From Zancudomyces culisetae HAW-14-8 (taxonomy: Eukaryota; Fungi; Kickxellomycota), in the NCBI GenBank assembly GCA_052426225.1, contig JBNJNM010000021.1, positions 3,162,001-3,226,000 on the forward strand: 64,000 bases of DNA, in the 5' to 3' direction. The position numbers and the translations under genes are program-made. The notes under the pieces were generated by a model. It saw only the letters and a list, made by a program, of their open reading frames with translations, searched no databases and had not been told where the DNA came from. Positions 1 to 12,700 of the stretch are shown piece after piece (the stretch's first letter is position 1; each line of letters opens with the position of its first letter).

Positions 1-475
1 ATTTCAATTTATAACCCACAACTCCATATAATATTACATTTAATATCGAGTTGAGCTATTATGATATATGCCTAGTTATTTAATGTAGTTAAATTATATT
101 TGAATTTAAAGAAGTTTTAAAACTATAAATACTTAGTGATTTTATTGAAAAGATCTTTAGCAATAAAATAACTTCTTTAACTATAGTTTTCTACATAAAT
201 CAAATAAAAACATCACTCAGTTGTCAAGCCCTGACATTATTTTTTTGCTACTTAACTGCCTGATATTAATATTGAATACCGAAAAACAAGTTAACATACT
301 TTTGGACGAGATCCAAAAACTCAAGATGAGAATGAAAAACCCACTGCCTTAGTGAGCACAGTACCACCTTCAGAACCGCCAGCACCCGCTGCAGCTCCAG
401 CCCCTGTCCATGTACCACAGGAACAGTACCCAAGGTTTGTTGGGATATAAAATAGTTTACAGTTTAGAGATTGTG

Positions 476-615
476 TGTCATGGCCAATCAGGTGATATCT
501 AACATCATATAACATTTGTTCTTATATTTACTTAGTATTTAAATAATGGCATTTGCCTAGCTGTAATTCCTTAAGAATTACAACCTGATTAACTAATAAA
601 ACTCGTTCTGTGACA
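476..615. mobile_element. Short solo LTR (140 bp) with 5-bp target-site duplication
   Basis: Begins TGTCA (476) and ends TGACA (615). It is flanked on both sides by TTGTG (471-475, 616-620) and has AATAAA at 595-600. Confidence 0.65.
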
Positions 616-859
616 TTGTGATTCTAATTCACTTTTTTTCTGTTCTTAGTCTCATTTCAAAATGTAAAAACCAGCTCGACTGGGTCGAGCGGACTCAGGC
701 AGCGTATACGTGTTGTACAAAACTATAACTTAGTATATTATCAAAATCAAGAATGTTCATAAAGTAAAAAAATTTACAAAATAATATATCAAAAACTAAA
801 AAATATACAAACAACTAGAAAATCAAAATCAAAAAAATAAGTGTACCAACAATCAATCA

Positions 860-2058
860 ATGATTGCAGGAGCTGCAAAAAGCAGTATCCAAACTACGCT
901 GCCAAAGTACAGCAGCTTTGTTAACTTTCTAACTCAGCTCAGTCTGACTTAGCGCGCATCTCGGTTATCCATCTTTTAACAGGAGAGAAACCACAAGATC
1001 TCCTTCTCCGTATAGTGGGTGGTGACTGCAAAATTGGAATTAGCCTCGAACACTTTGCATTCAATCGCGATGAGGCTTTTGAATGCATCGGTCAGGCAAT
1101 CAACAACGCGTATGCGGACTTTGACATGAGTCCACAATCCAACACCCTATTCATCACCTTCTACAAAAAAGAAGAAGCTGATGAATTCAGATCAAAAGAT
1201 CTCGTACACAATGGAAGAATAGTCAAAAAAATAAGAACTGCAGAGCTTAGTGATAAGCTCTTGAATATCACTATACCAACAAGGCTGGGTAGTACTTTGC
1301 CAGACACCCTGTTGGCAATCAAGAATACTTTTGGAGGTCTAGGAACAATACATGACATCAAAACGTGGAAATCAAAAAAAGCCAATTTTTTTGCGGTAAA
1401 CTACACCAACATACTTTATGAGCCAAATGAGGGGAAAAAGGAAAAGATCCCCCAACACTAAAGTAAATGAATACGAATTGAGATGGTTCTGGAAGGGCAG
1501 TTCAAAACAGTGCAACCATTGCAAAGTATTTGGACACATCAGAGAGAAATGCCCAGTCTGGATAGATAGGCGTTTGGTTCTGGCTCAGAAAATAGAGCCA
1601 AAAGAAAAAAGCCCTCTACCAGTAATACTAATAAACCCTCGACAAGCGCAATAACAACAACAGCAAGAACAACAACACAGCCAGATCAAAATGCGGTTAC
1701 CAAAAACCAAGATAAACAAAAGTACAAAGACGATGACGTGAATAGTGAAGCTATAAATACTGCTCAGGGAGAATCAGTCATTATCACGTTAAACAATATA
1801 GGTGTAAACGATAAACAGAGTCACACTTATACCTACGAAGATAAAGAAATGGAAGACGAAAAAACCGAAACAAGTAACAATACAGAAAACCAAACCACAC
1901 ACGAAGAAAACCAAACACCACAAAATATTGAAACTGGGATGGTAGTGGATACATAAAACAATTTTACCACTATACAACCAAATATATTACCCATAATATC
2001 AAATGAAAATCAGCTTAGGCGTTCAGGTAGTATCGCCTCTAAGCCCCACAAATCTTAA
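860..2058 (+). pseudogene. LINE ORF1 (gag-like nucleic-acid-binding protein), frameshifted
   Basis: Consecutive fragments 1015-1461, 1418-1654 and 1738-1956, with the zinc knuckle CNHCKVFGHIREKC. ATG at 860 precedes a YAAKV-like N-terminal segment in a shifted frame. Confidence 0.75.
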
Positions 2059-2453
2059 CATTGGTTTTAATGTTTATTTACAAAAAATATTGAAAAACCA
2101 AAAAAAAAATATAAAAATTATTAACAAAAAAAATTAAAACTATAAATACTATATATTTTACCTTGAATCGTAACACTAGATTTAGTCGCTCAGTCGTTTC
2201 CGTTTTATTTTATAGAATAGGTACAATGATAATATTTCAATATGATATGACCAAAAAAAATAGAAAAAGAAAAGAAACTGAAATTCAAAAAAAAATATGC
2301 TTAAAGAAATTCAGAATGGAAAAAAAATTGAAAAAAAATGGAGAAAAATTTCTTCAATTTTTTTATTTTTTTTTTATTTTTATTTTTTTCATTTTGATAA
2401 CAAAAAAAAAATGTCATAAGAAATTGATATATCATTGATTTTAAATAGATATT

Positions 2454-5400
2454 ATGTTAATTAATGTAGTTGGAACGTCCGTGGATTGTCAACCACACAA
2501 AAAAGGACAAAATTTTTTGCACACTTGAAACAAATAACAAATGGAAAAATTATTTGTTTACAAGAGGAGCACATAAAATGAAGAAATTAATTTTTGGACC
2601 GAACAATGGGGCGGCCAGTCAGTGTGGAGTAAACATAGCGCATTACTAATTAATGATACAAGGTTCAAAATTACTAACAGCAATATATTAGCAGTGGGGA
2701 GAGTAATAAAGGCTACTGTTGAAGGACAGGAGCTAGAAAAACCATTGAATATATTGTGTGTATATTTCTCAGCTACCCACCGGGAAAGATACGAATTCAT
2801 GGCTAAATATCTCCACCTTTTGGAAAAAAATGAAAATATGATTATAATGGGGGATTTCAACATGGCAGAAGACAATAACAAGGATAGGTGGCCTCCAAGA
2901 AATGACATCAGTGACTGGAGGCATCTAAAAAACACCATCCACAGGCTGGATTTGGTTAATATATACTCTATATTATACCCTGATGAGTTTCATTACACTT
3001 GGAAGGGCGAAGGAAGGGAATCTAGAGCAAGAATTGACCATATTCTTTTCTTTAAAAACACATCCAATCTCTTTAAAAACATGACTATTGAGGGCGGACC
3101 GTATTCTGATCACAAGATTATATGTGTTGAAAGTGAGATTTTAGAGCCAAAAAAAAATTCAACCCTTATGGAAGCTAAATTGCAGTCATCTAACCGATCC
3201 TGAGTTTATTGATGAGGTTACTGATCTTTTGGAGAAAATGAATTGTAATAATGATGGCATAATCCTTACCAGATGGAGCATCATTAAGCAATATATTAAA
3301 AAAATAAGCATCAGATGTGGCCGAAAATACGCATCTGACAATGATAAATCATCATTAAAAGATATATTATCCAAGCAGAAAAATCTACTTCATAGGACAA
3401 AAGACATAGATGCCATCCGGGAGGTTTACAGGAAATAGATTATACTGAAGGGAAGATCCGGGAGCACTATGATGCTAAAATGCAGGGCATAATGGTCAGA
3501 TCCAGAGCTAAATGGACCGAAAAAGGAGAAATGTCAAACAAATATTTCTTCTCTAGGCTTAAATCCAGAGAAAAATGCAAAGTATGAAATCATTATTGGA
3601 TGAGGAAAGCCATCCGGATGACAGTTTGGATGGTATCAGTAGGATAGCCAGTCAATTCTATCATAATCTATTCTCATCAGAGCCAACTGATGAAGTATCA
3701 CAGGATTTTATGCTAGAAAGAGTAACATCTAGGGTCTCGGAAGACCAATCAGAGATGTTGGAGGCACCAATCTCACTTCAGGAGGTGCTAATGGTAATCA
3801 GGGAGCTACCAGATAACAAGTCTCCCGATCCGGATGGCATCAGTTTTGAATTATACAAGAAATTTGGTATCATTGTTGCCAAAATTCTGGTTAATATATT
3901 CAATACTGAGGGCATTGATCGATGGAATGATGCACTAGGGGGTTCAGTGATCACACTGTTACCCAAATCAGAGGATATTCGAAACATTTGAAACTGGAGA
4001 CCCATCTCGTTGTCTAATTGTGACGAAAAAATCCTAACCAAAGTACTATCAAACAGATTACTAAGGGTTATGAAAGACATTATACACCCCAGTCAATGTG
4101 GATTTGTCAAGGACCGATCAATAATAGACTACATCCTGTTGAAAAAGTTCAAGATTGATGGAGGTAGACAAAAAAAAATCATATTGATGGATACGTAGTA
4201 ATGTTGGATCAGGAAAAGGCTTATGATATGGTAGATTAGGGCTACATGTACAGATGCCTCACAAAAATGGGCATCGGTACCGGCTTTACTAGGTATCTTA
4301 AAGCTATATACACGGGAGCCAAGACAAGAGTAAAGATCAATGGCGGGCTTACAGAGCCCATGGAGATCACCAGAGGTCTCCGTCAGGGCGACCCGCTGTC
4401 ACCGTTGCTTTATAACATCGTTATAGAACCTTTATTGGTATACCTACGAGCCATGCTCAAAGGTTTGAAGACAATTGGATTTGAATACAGGACATCCGCA
4501 TATGCGGATGACATATCTGTAGGTATTAGTGACAGGGATGATGCAGACATTCTTGAAATGGGACTGGAGCTGCATTGCAAGGCATCTAATCTAAGGGTTA
4601 ATCGGGGTAAAACATTAGCCATCAGCATCGGAAAACCAGCTGCCATTGATGGGTTTTACTCTGTGTTGGATAAGGAAGCAAATTTCAGATACTTGGGAAT
4701 CACTTTTAACTCTTATGGAATTAACCAAAAATTTATGGAGGCCAAGCTGCTTTCGGATATAGACGCAAATGCTAAAATACTAAGCAAGAGGCATCTATCA
4801 ATATCCGGCAAGATTTTGCTAACTAATACCTTTTTACTATCTAAGGTTTGGTTCAGTGCCCAGGTCATACCGTTTGGAAAGCATTTCAAAGACAAACTCA
4901 AAAGATTAGTCAAGAAGTTTATTTGGAACGGTATAAAATCAAGAATTGGGATCGAAAAACTTGAACTCCCGGAGGATTTGGGTGGTTGGGGACTAATCCC
5001 CATTGATTCCCAGTTGAATTCCTTATTTTTTAAATGGGGATTAGATTTTATTTCGAGGTTAATGGAAAATAATGAAAATTGCAAATTTTTGTTGCAAGAA
5101 ATAGCGGAAAACCAATTGTACTTAGCAATTAATTCAAAATATTATGATAGCGGTGAAATTGAGCGCTCAGACGCTTTTAACAGTATAAAAAATAACTCAA
5201 AACGTGCCAAAAACGGATTATTTCTGGTCAAAATTTGCCAATTTATACGAAAAATTCATTAAAATCGATATCTCAAACGTTAAAAATTGGGAATATATTG
5301 AAAAAAAAAATACTATGCGTTAATTTTGTTAAGAATTTGATTGATATATCACTGTACAAAATAAATATATTATTATTGAAGCAATTGGGTATTAAAAATG

Positions 5401-6180
5401 TATACGATTTCTTCGGTAATTGTAATAAAATACTGAGTAATGATGATATATCAAAATATTCAATTGAAATTGGATCAAAATCAAAGGAATTTTATTTAAG
5501 TAAAATCGATAAACAAAATTTTTTTGAGACTGAAAATAGTGCAAAACTCACCAGTATACCAAAAGGGAAGCTGTTCATTTTGGATAGTGTAGAATGGTCC
5601 TACACAACAAAGATGGCACGGCGATACCTAGAGGGTCAATTTTTATTAACTGAACATAGACCAAAAATAGAGCCAAACTATAAGAAAATGGGAATTGAAG
5701 CCAGCAGTTTATAAAGATTTTGTTGGAAACGACTTCGCAACTTGAATGTACAGCCAAAAATTAAAAGTTTCTTAAGGCTAATGTACCATTGTGGCATCAT
5801 AACAGGAAAGGACATAAAAACATATAGCATGAGCAGTGGAAAAATATATGGCAATAGTCGCTGTTGCTTTTGTAAGATGGACGAAGAAGACTACAAACAT
5901 ATGCTAAACGACTGTAGTCGAATGCACGATATTGGAAGAAGATAAGCGAATTTATTGAAGGAGGTGAAGAAGAATACAGAACAGAAAACAATATAACTAT
6001 ACAAGATATTTATTATATGTTTAATAAATATAAAGGAAAAATACCCGGAAGGACAACTGTAAATGCTCTAGCTATATAGAACATTCACCGCGCGCGAACC
6101 GAAAGCTCGTTGTCGAATGTCAACCTTAACGGAACTGAATTATATCATCGTTTTTTTCTGGGTCTGGACTTGGATTAATT
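2454..6180 (+). pseudogene. LINE ORF2 (APE endonuclease + reverse transcriptase + zinc finger), disrupted
   Basis: APE motifs SWNVRGL (2468), ICLQE, MGDFN, RIDHIL and SDHK. RT motifs SPDPDG, NWRPISL, QCGF, GLRQGDPLSPLLY, YADD and RYLG. C-terminal CCFC..HML..C. Several frameshifts and stops, e.g. TAG at the conserved Trp of VD-W near 4237. Confidence 0.9.
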
Positions 6181-7090
6181 ATATTTATATATAAACTAGA
6201 CTATAAGTGAATAGACTAAACGAAACTAAACTTGTTGTAAAACTTATCGTTCCATCATGATAATCGTATAGCTTTTATACTTTTCATGATGGGACGATAA
6301 TGTTAAAAAATACTAAATTTAAAACATAACTAAAACACAACTAAAACATTTAATTAAAAATGGGGAGGTCGGTAAATGTTATGGTTATAATTGATAAATT
6401 ATACGAAACATTGTCCTGTGGAGACAAAGGTTTATATAATTTAAAACCATAACAATTTTATCGGAATGCTTCGAGAAAAGATAACAAAGATTACAAGTAC
6501 CAAACGCTCAACAGATACAAACGAACATGGCTCAAGGTCAAATTTTCGTGGTTTTCTATCGAGCCAGGAGAGGAAAGCCAAGTCGATGAATAGTCGTATC
6601 GTCCTTTTCGTTTTATTTTTTAACCTATATTGAGCGTATTAAGAATAATTTTTTTGAGAAATTGAAAAGCATTTAATAATTTTAGATTAGAAAATTGTTT
6701 ATATCTAGTAAAATTTATATTTATAAATTATAAATAAATCTCAGTTAAAAAAAAAAAAAAAAACATGGCAACACATAACAGACTGTCGCATCAAAGATCG
6801 ACAGATGGGCGTCTCACTCGGGTTATGGCGAGTGAGATGTGATAATTTACCTAGTGCTTTTCACCCATGAGGTTTTTCACTATGCGTAAATCATCATTTC
6901 CCAAATATTATTAATTTCGGATGGTTATTATATTATTCATAGTATTTTAATATTTTAGTAATTACGAGGAAAATGCATTTAAGCACTGCTTTTTCTCATC
7001 TATGTTTTTAGCATCTTATATTCGGATTAGAAGTTTATTACACTTTATTATAATAATACAATATTAACAAAAAAACAAAGGTCCTACCGC

Positions 7091-7534
7091 TTACTGGTAG
7101 TAAATAAACAAAATACTAGTGAATGCAGTAAAGTCGGATAAGACCGACAAAGGGAAAATAAATTCCGACAACAACACAGGTGTCGCAGAGTGGGATCTTT
7201 CGGTAATCCCACTCGCGCTCTCACCACGTGCCAAGCTTGGGGAAGCTTGTTCTGTGGTCTCGGTTACACTCCTCTTGTGTAACTGAATGTTCATTAGGAT
7301 GTTCTCGGATGAGACACTATCCCTATATCCCGTCGGAGATGGTGTATCTACCGACATGCTTTCCGGGCTTCTACGGATCTGGATCTGTCGAACGCTTTCC
7401 GTCAGTTCCCCAAGGGTTCGAGGACTGAGTGTCCCGATATCCTGGTCCATTCTACTGCCCCTAGTACTGTTGGAGGTGGTTGACGAATCTCTCCTAGACT
7501 CTCTCACACCTGTGTTAAACAAATAGTTAATCAT
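7091..7534 (-). CDS. Ser/Arg/Thr-rich hypothetical ORF (orphan gene or TE fragment)
   Basis: 147-aa ATG-initiated ORF, GC-richer than its flanks. No recognisable domain. Confidence 0.3.
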   Translation of the reverse strand: MINYLFNTGVRESRRDSSTTSNSTRGSRMDQDIGTLSPRTLGELTESVRQIQIRRSPESMSVDTPSPTGYRDSVSSENILMNIQLHKRSVTETTEQASPSLARGESASGITERSHSATPVLLSEFIFPLSVLSDFTAFTSILFIYYQ

Positions 7535-7746
7535 TATGATTATTTTACTTTAAGTTGATTTGAATTATCTTTATTTAAACTGAGTTTATTAATTAATCCG
7601 TATAGTAGGACATGGATGAGTTTTCTACTAAACTGCTATATCACAAATATATATGATTAAACTTATATGCTAAACTAGTTTTCCAATAAAATAAAGTAAT
7701 TATACACTATTAACATTCTGTTAAGTATACTAATAGTTTTGTTTCA

Positions 7747-8188
7747 TAATTGCAGCATACGTGCAATTACGATTATGTGTGGGAACACATAATCATTAAA
7801 ATTATTTGATGTTCAGTATGAAAACATATTTCGTACTAGAATCATCATTATTGAATGGACTCAGCATGTAGAATTTTTTCATGCTGAGTCGAAATTAATT
7901 TAAACAAAAAAATTTAAACGACAATAAAAATTATAAAAATTGACATTCCGCGATGAGTGTACAGCGAAATTTCTCGTACACTATTCGAATTTATAATGAA
8001 TTTCAGCTTATTGCGACAATGTCATATAGTGGGCAGGAGAGCATGATGACTAATTAATTAGTCATCATGCAAACGAACAAATTATTAGTTTGCGATAACT
8101 AATGAGGATCAGTTTTTTTCACTATCGATGAAAATAACGTCATCTAGTTTTTTCTGATGACTCATAGTGTCGCAATACAAACGTTTGT
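7747..8188. repeat. Dense cluster of hairpins/palindromes
   Basis: At least seven inverted repeats, including a perfect 30-bp palindrome at 8041-8070 and an enclosing 10-bp pair at 8009-8018/8168-8177. Confidence 0.8.
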
Positions 8189-9053
8189 TTAGTCATATAA
8201 TTTTTAATAGTAATTTATTGTTTTAGTATTAAAGAAGTTTAGTTTCAGTATCTTAGTTTAAATTAAATTTTACTTAGAAAGAAAAAAAGTATAAAAAAGG
8301 GAAATATTTGACAAAATAAAGAAAATTATACAGAAAATAATCAGTTAAAGATATAATTACCTTGTTATAGTTAATAACAATAACTTAAAGAAATATTATA
8401 GAACAATTATAGTAAATACATATATTTTATAAATAAAATATAACAACAACTGTCGTGTGAATATTATAGTTTTATATTTTTATTTGCTTAAGTCATATCG
8501 AAAACTAGATAGAAATTATTTGCCCTATATATAATTTTTTGGGTCTAACGAACTACTACTATAATAAATTTAATTATAAAGTTATAACTGTTTTAAACAT
8601 GTGAAATATGAATTATAATAATATTATTGAAACAGGGGGTTTCCCCTTGTTGAATGGGAAAAGATGTTTTAAATCATTTTATATGATTCCCATGACTCAT
8701 CTATGACAGTGTGATTCTCAGATTTACAAGGATGTTACGTGAATTTAATTTAACCATCTTAGCAATTTATTAAAAACCCATTGGGAAAAAGTATAAATTC
8801 AGATAATTTAAATTCACGACAAAACTGTTATATAGTAGAAATATATACCTGTATTTCCTTGTATTTTATTGGTTAATTTAAATAGTATGATTTTATCCAT
8901 TAAATAGTCTAGTTTTGAATTAATTAATAAATTGTCTTTTTCTCCCAAAATAATTATAGTCCTAATAATAAAATAAAAGTCCCGTCCTGTATAATACTGG
9001 GTAATTTTATTACTCAGTAGGACGTTAAACATGTAATTATAGAACAAACACAA

Positions 9054-9127
9054 GCTCTGTTAGCTCAGCTGGTTAGAGCGTGGTGCTAATAACGCCAAGG
9101 TCACAGGTTCGATCCCTGTACAGAGCA
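9054..9127 (+). tRNA. tRNA-Ile (anticodon AAT)
   Basis: Cloverleaf: GCTCTGT/ACAGAGC acceptor stem, GCTC/GAGC D-arm, TGGTG-CT-AAT-AA-CGCCA anticodon arm, ACAGG-TTCGATC-CCTGT T-arm. An oligo-T Pol III terminator follows. Confidence 0.97.
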
Positions 9128-9156
9128 TTTTTTTATTTTTGTTTTTAGTTTTTAAT

Positions 9157-9599
9157 TGTAGTATAACGGCTACATACTTTTTGCTAGTGAATCAATTGCG
9201 ATTCCTTAGCATGATATAACTACCAATTAACTTGTAGTTATTTTATATTTAAATATTTATAATAGTAAAGCTGAATATCTGAACGATCAGTAAAATAAAA
9301 GCGAAGCGGACAACGAAAACAAACATCTTTAGCCTTTCTTAACAGAATATACTTTACATATACGTTTTTTACATACTTAGTAATTGAAATTAACACTACA
9401 TTGAGATAGTTTACTTAGTGTTTTATTATTATTACAACAATAATAAAAGTTATTAAAAACATTCATATTACGGCAAACAGAACTAGTTAAGTGATCCGAG
9501 ACCTGAGTATAACTGACACAATCAGTGCTATACCAAACTCAGCCATCACATTAGCTGAAAAATATATCAGATAACTTATAACATCTACAATATATTACA
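9157..9599 (+). repeat. 5' LTR
   Basis: TGTAGTATA...TATATTACA; direct repeat of 14635-15076 with about 16 differences counted by eye. Confidence 0.95.
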
Positions 9600-9601
9600 A
9601 T

Positions 9602-9619
9602 TGGGGGCTCTGCCGGGAA
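9602..9619 (+). other. Primer-binding site, tRNA-Pro type
   Basis: TGGGGGCTCTGCCGGGAA lies 2 nt after the LTR and closely resembles the classical tRNA-Pro PBS TGGGGGCTCGTCCGGGAT. Confidence 0.85.
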
Positions 9620-9720
9620 TTTAATCTCCATATATCTCAGTTGAGGGAGAATTGAATGTTTATTTACAAAAAGATTCAATTACAGTAGTACAACAACGTC
9701 AAAGTATACAGATTCAAACG

Positions 9721-12700
9721 ATGGAAAAGCCTGTCATATTTGAGGCTCAAGGTTCATTAGATCCAAAAGAGTGGATTTACAGATATAAATTAATAGCTAA
9801 AGTAAACAAATGGTCAGATACCGATGCTATAGAGTTGATTCAGCTTTATTTAGGAAAGAAAGAATTACAATGGTACAAGAAAAACACTAAAGAGTTTAAA
9901 GACTGGGATACTCTGGTTACCAAGTTTACAGAGAAATATTCAAGCAAAGAGATGAATTTTGTATACTGGAAGAAAATTCAGATGATCAAACAGGAAGATT
10001 TTGCCTCAGTTGAAGACTTTGAGTTAGAACTAGAGGAATTGTTTGAGAAGGCAGAAGTAACAGATGAAGGTGTCAAATGGAACTGTTTGATGAACGCACT
10101 AAGTGAGAAGAACAAGCGCAAGGTGTTAGAGTCAGATAATAAGAAATGGGCAGATGCAATTAAGCTAATTGGGAAGTCGGAAAAGATTAAAGAAGCAGTA
10201 AAACCGAAGCCAGTAAAACCGAAGCCACTTAGTTCCAAAGACAGATTGAATGAGGCCAGGAAAAGATTTCAGGATAGCAAAGAAAAGTTTGAGCAGCGAA
10301 ATAAGATGCGGGAAAAGGCAAAGCAGGACAATGACTATAATGACATGATGAAGCAGTTTGAAAAGCTAAGTGTAAATGTCATGAATAAAGTAGATGAGGC
10401 GGTTGATAGGAGATTTAATAATACAAGAGGGAGAACTTACCATGATCGTTTTATACCCACATGCTACCACTGTGGAAGGAAAGGACACCGAAGGTATGAA
10501 TGCAGACATCTAGTTCAAAGAGATACAGAGGAGGACACAAGCAGTGAAGACTCGGATGATTTAAACTGTATCGAGGTCGAAGATGTTAGCTGTGATGAAG
10601 TTTTTGGAGCAGACCGCGTGGATAAAAATAAACCTGCCATCGGACCATATAAAAAAAAGGAATATTTAAATAATAATATTAATAAATTTGAAGTTAAACC
10701 AAAAGAAAATAGAATAAAAAATACAAAAGTTATAAAACCATATAAAACAATTAAAGAGATCGAAATGAAGAAAGCACCTACATTAAGAAGTCGAGAATCA
10801 GATTCGAAAGCCAAAGCGTATACAAAGAAGAAATACACGATTAAAGCGGCAGAAAACACAGACAGTTACTCACTCAAGGAAGATTTAGGAGCGGTATACC
10901 CTAAAATTAGTATGATACAATTACTAGAAGCCTCACCAAAACTCGCAAAGGAAATGGCAAACCTGTGCAAACGAGTAGAGGATAAAGAGGTAAACGAAAT
11001 AAAATATAAGGAGACAAAAACTAGTAATTGTAAGGTTACCGTGGAAATATTCGGACAAGAAGTGAAGACCATTCTGGATACGGGTGCAGCGTGTTCAGTT
11101 GCCACTCCCGAGTTAGTCGAGAATTGGGGACTTGAGGTAGAGCAGGATTCTAGTCAGATGATCATCACTGCAGACGGAAGTAAACACGCATCGTTGGGAA
11201 AGGTATTGGACGTGCCTATAAGGATAGGAAAGCAAATATTTAACGCGGATCTAACTGTAATGGAAAGACATGATCAATCGTTAATATTGGGTACCGACTG
11301 GTTAGTCAGACACAAAGCAACTATAGATCTTGAAATATCACAACTAATAATTTCAAATGGAGAGCTTTCCGTTCACTTACCATTAAAAACTTCAAAGGCA
11401 ACAGTACTGACAAGCTACGACGAATCCGAACTTTATGCTATAGTTAAAGAGAAATACATTGAAGTTGATAATAGTTTAGTAGATACAGATGAGAGAATAA
11501 TAAAGTTAGTTCAACAGTATAAAGGGATGTTTGTAAACGAATTGGAAGAATTAAAGCAGTCGGATACAACCGAACACAAAATTATACTTACCGAAGAGAT
11601 ACCAATAAAACAGCGGCCATACAGGATACCTCAGGCAAAACAGCAGCTAGTGCGGAAAGAACTGGAGCTTATGGAACAGCATGGAATCATCTCACCAGCC
11701 TCTTCACCATGGTGCTCACCTGTGGTAGTAGTAACAAAGAAAAACGGTAAGCTTCGAGTGTGTGCAGATTATAGGAAATTAAATAGTATTACAAAGAAGG
11801 ATACTTACCCGTTGCCAGTCATTGACGACATTTTCATGGCATTGTCCGGAGCGACGGTTTTCAGCAGCTTGGATGCTATGTCAGGCTTCTGGCAGATACC
11901 TATGAGTAGAGAAGACAGAGATAAGACAGCGTTTGCTATCCCTGGAGGAGGAAGTTATATATACAATGTAATGCCGTTTGGTTTAACCAACAGCCCGGCT
12001 ACATTTCAACGGGTTATGGAAGAGGTCTTACATTCAGTTCTGTGGTCCTGTGCTATTGTATTTGTCGACGACATTATAATCTATTCGAAGAACATGAAAC
12101 AGCATTTAGAAGATTTAGAACAAGTATTTAAGTTATTACAGGCAAGAAACATTCAGCTTCACAAAGACAAATGTGTTTTAGGAAAGGATGAAATAACTTA
12201 CCTGGGACACAGGATTTCAAAGGAAGGGATAAGCACCTGTGAAGATAAACTAGCAGCAGTTAAAAAATTAGAATCTCCTAAGAATGTTAAAGAAGTACAA
12301 TCAATATTGGGATTAACAGGATATTACAGGAAGTTTATATATAACTATAGTAAAATATGTTTACCTTTAACTAACTTGCTGAAGAAGAATAAAGAGTGGA
12401 CATGGTCAGAAAACGAAGAAAAAGCACTGGATCAGCTTAAACAAGCACTGCTCGACGCACCGGTGTTAGCACACCCTGACTGGAACAAAACATTTACCGT
12501 TACGACTGACGCATCGATAGACGGAATCGGAGCAATACTCTCCCAAGAGTACGATTCGGGAGATCGCCCTATTGCATATATAAGTAGAAAAACAACCAAA
12601 CATGAGAGAAATTACTCAATCAGTCACCTAGAAGGGTTAGCTGTCGTTTGGGCTGTAGTTAAATTTAAATATTTTGTATGGGGCCGAAGGTTTATAATAA

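Larger units (their letters stand above)
625..6763 (+). mobile_element. Degenerate non-LTR retrotransposon (LINE, L1/Tx1-like); 5' boundary approximate
   Basis: ORF1 remnants carry a CCHC knuckle; ORF2 remnants carry APE endonuclease, RT and a C-terminal zinc finger. AATAAA at 6733-6738 is followed by A17 at 6747-6763. Confidence 0.9.

Noticed and set aside
301-450. Pro/Ala-rich coding-like patch
   Set aside because: Bounded by stops, with no start codon or recognisable domain, so it cannot be assigned.
860-6180. LINE frameshifts as programmed recoding or purely homopolymer sequencing errors
   Set aside because: Nonsense substitutions at conserved codons are also present, which indicates real decay.
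7850-7990. SECIS-like hairpins (selenocysteine use is known in some early-diverging fungi)
   Set aside because: The AUGA/GA quartet does not flank the stems, and no upstream UGA-containing redox ORF was found.
8154-8190. CTGATGA as a hammerhead ribozyme core
   Set aside because: There is no stem II followed by GAAA.
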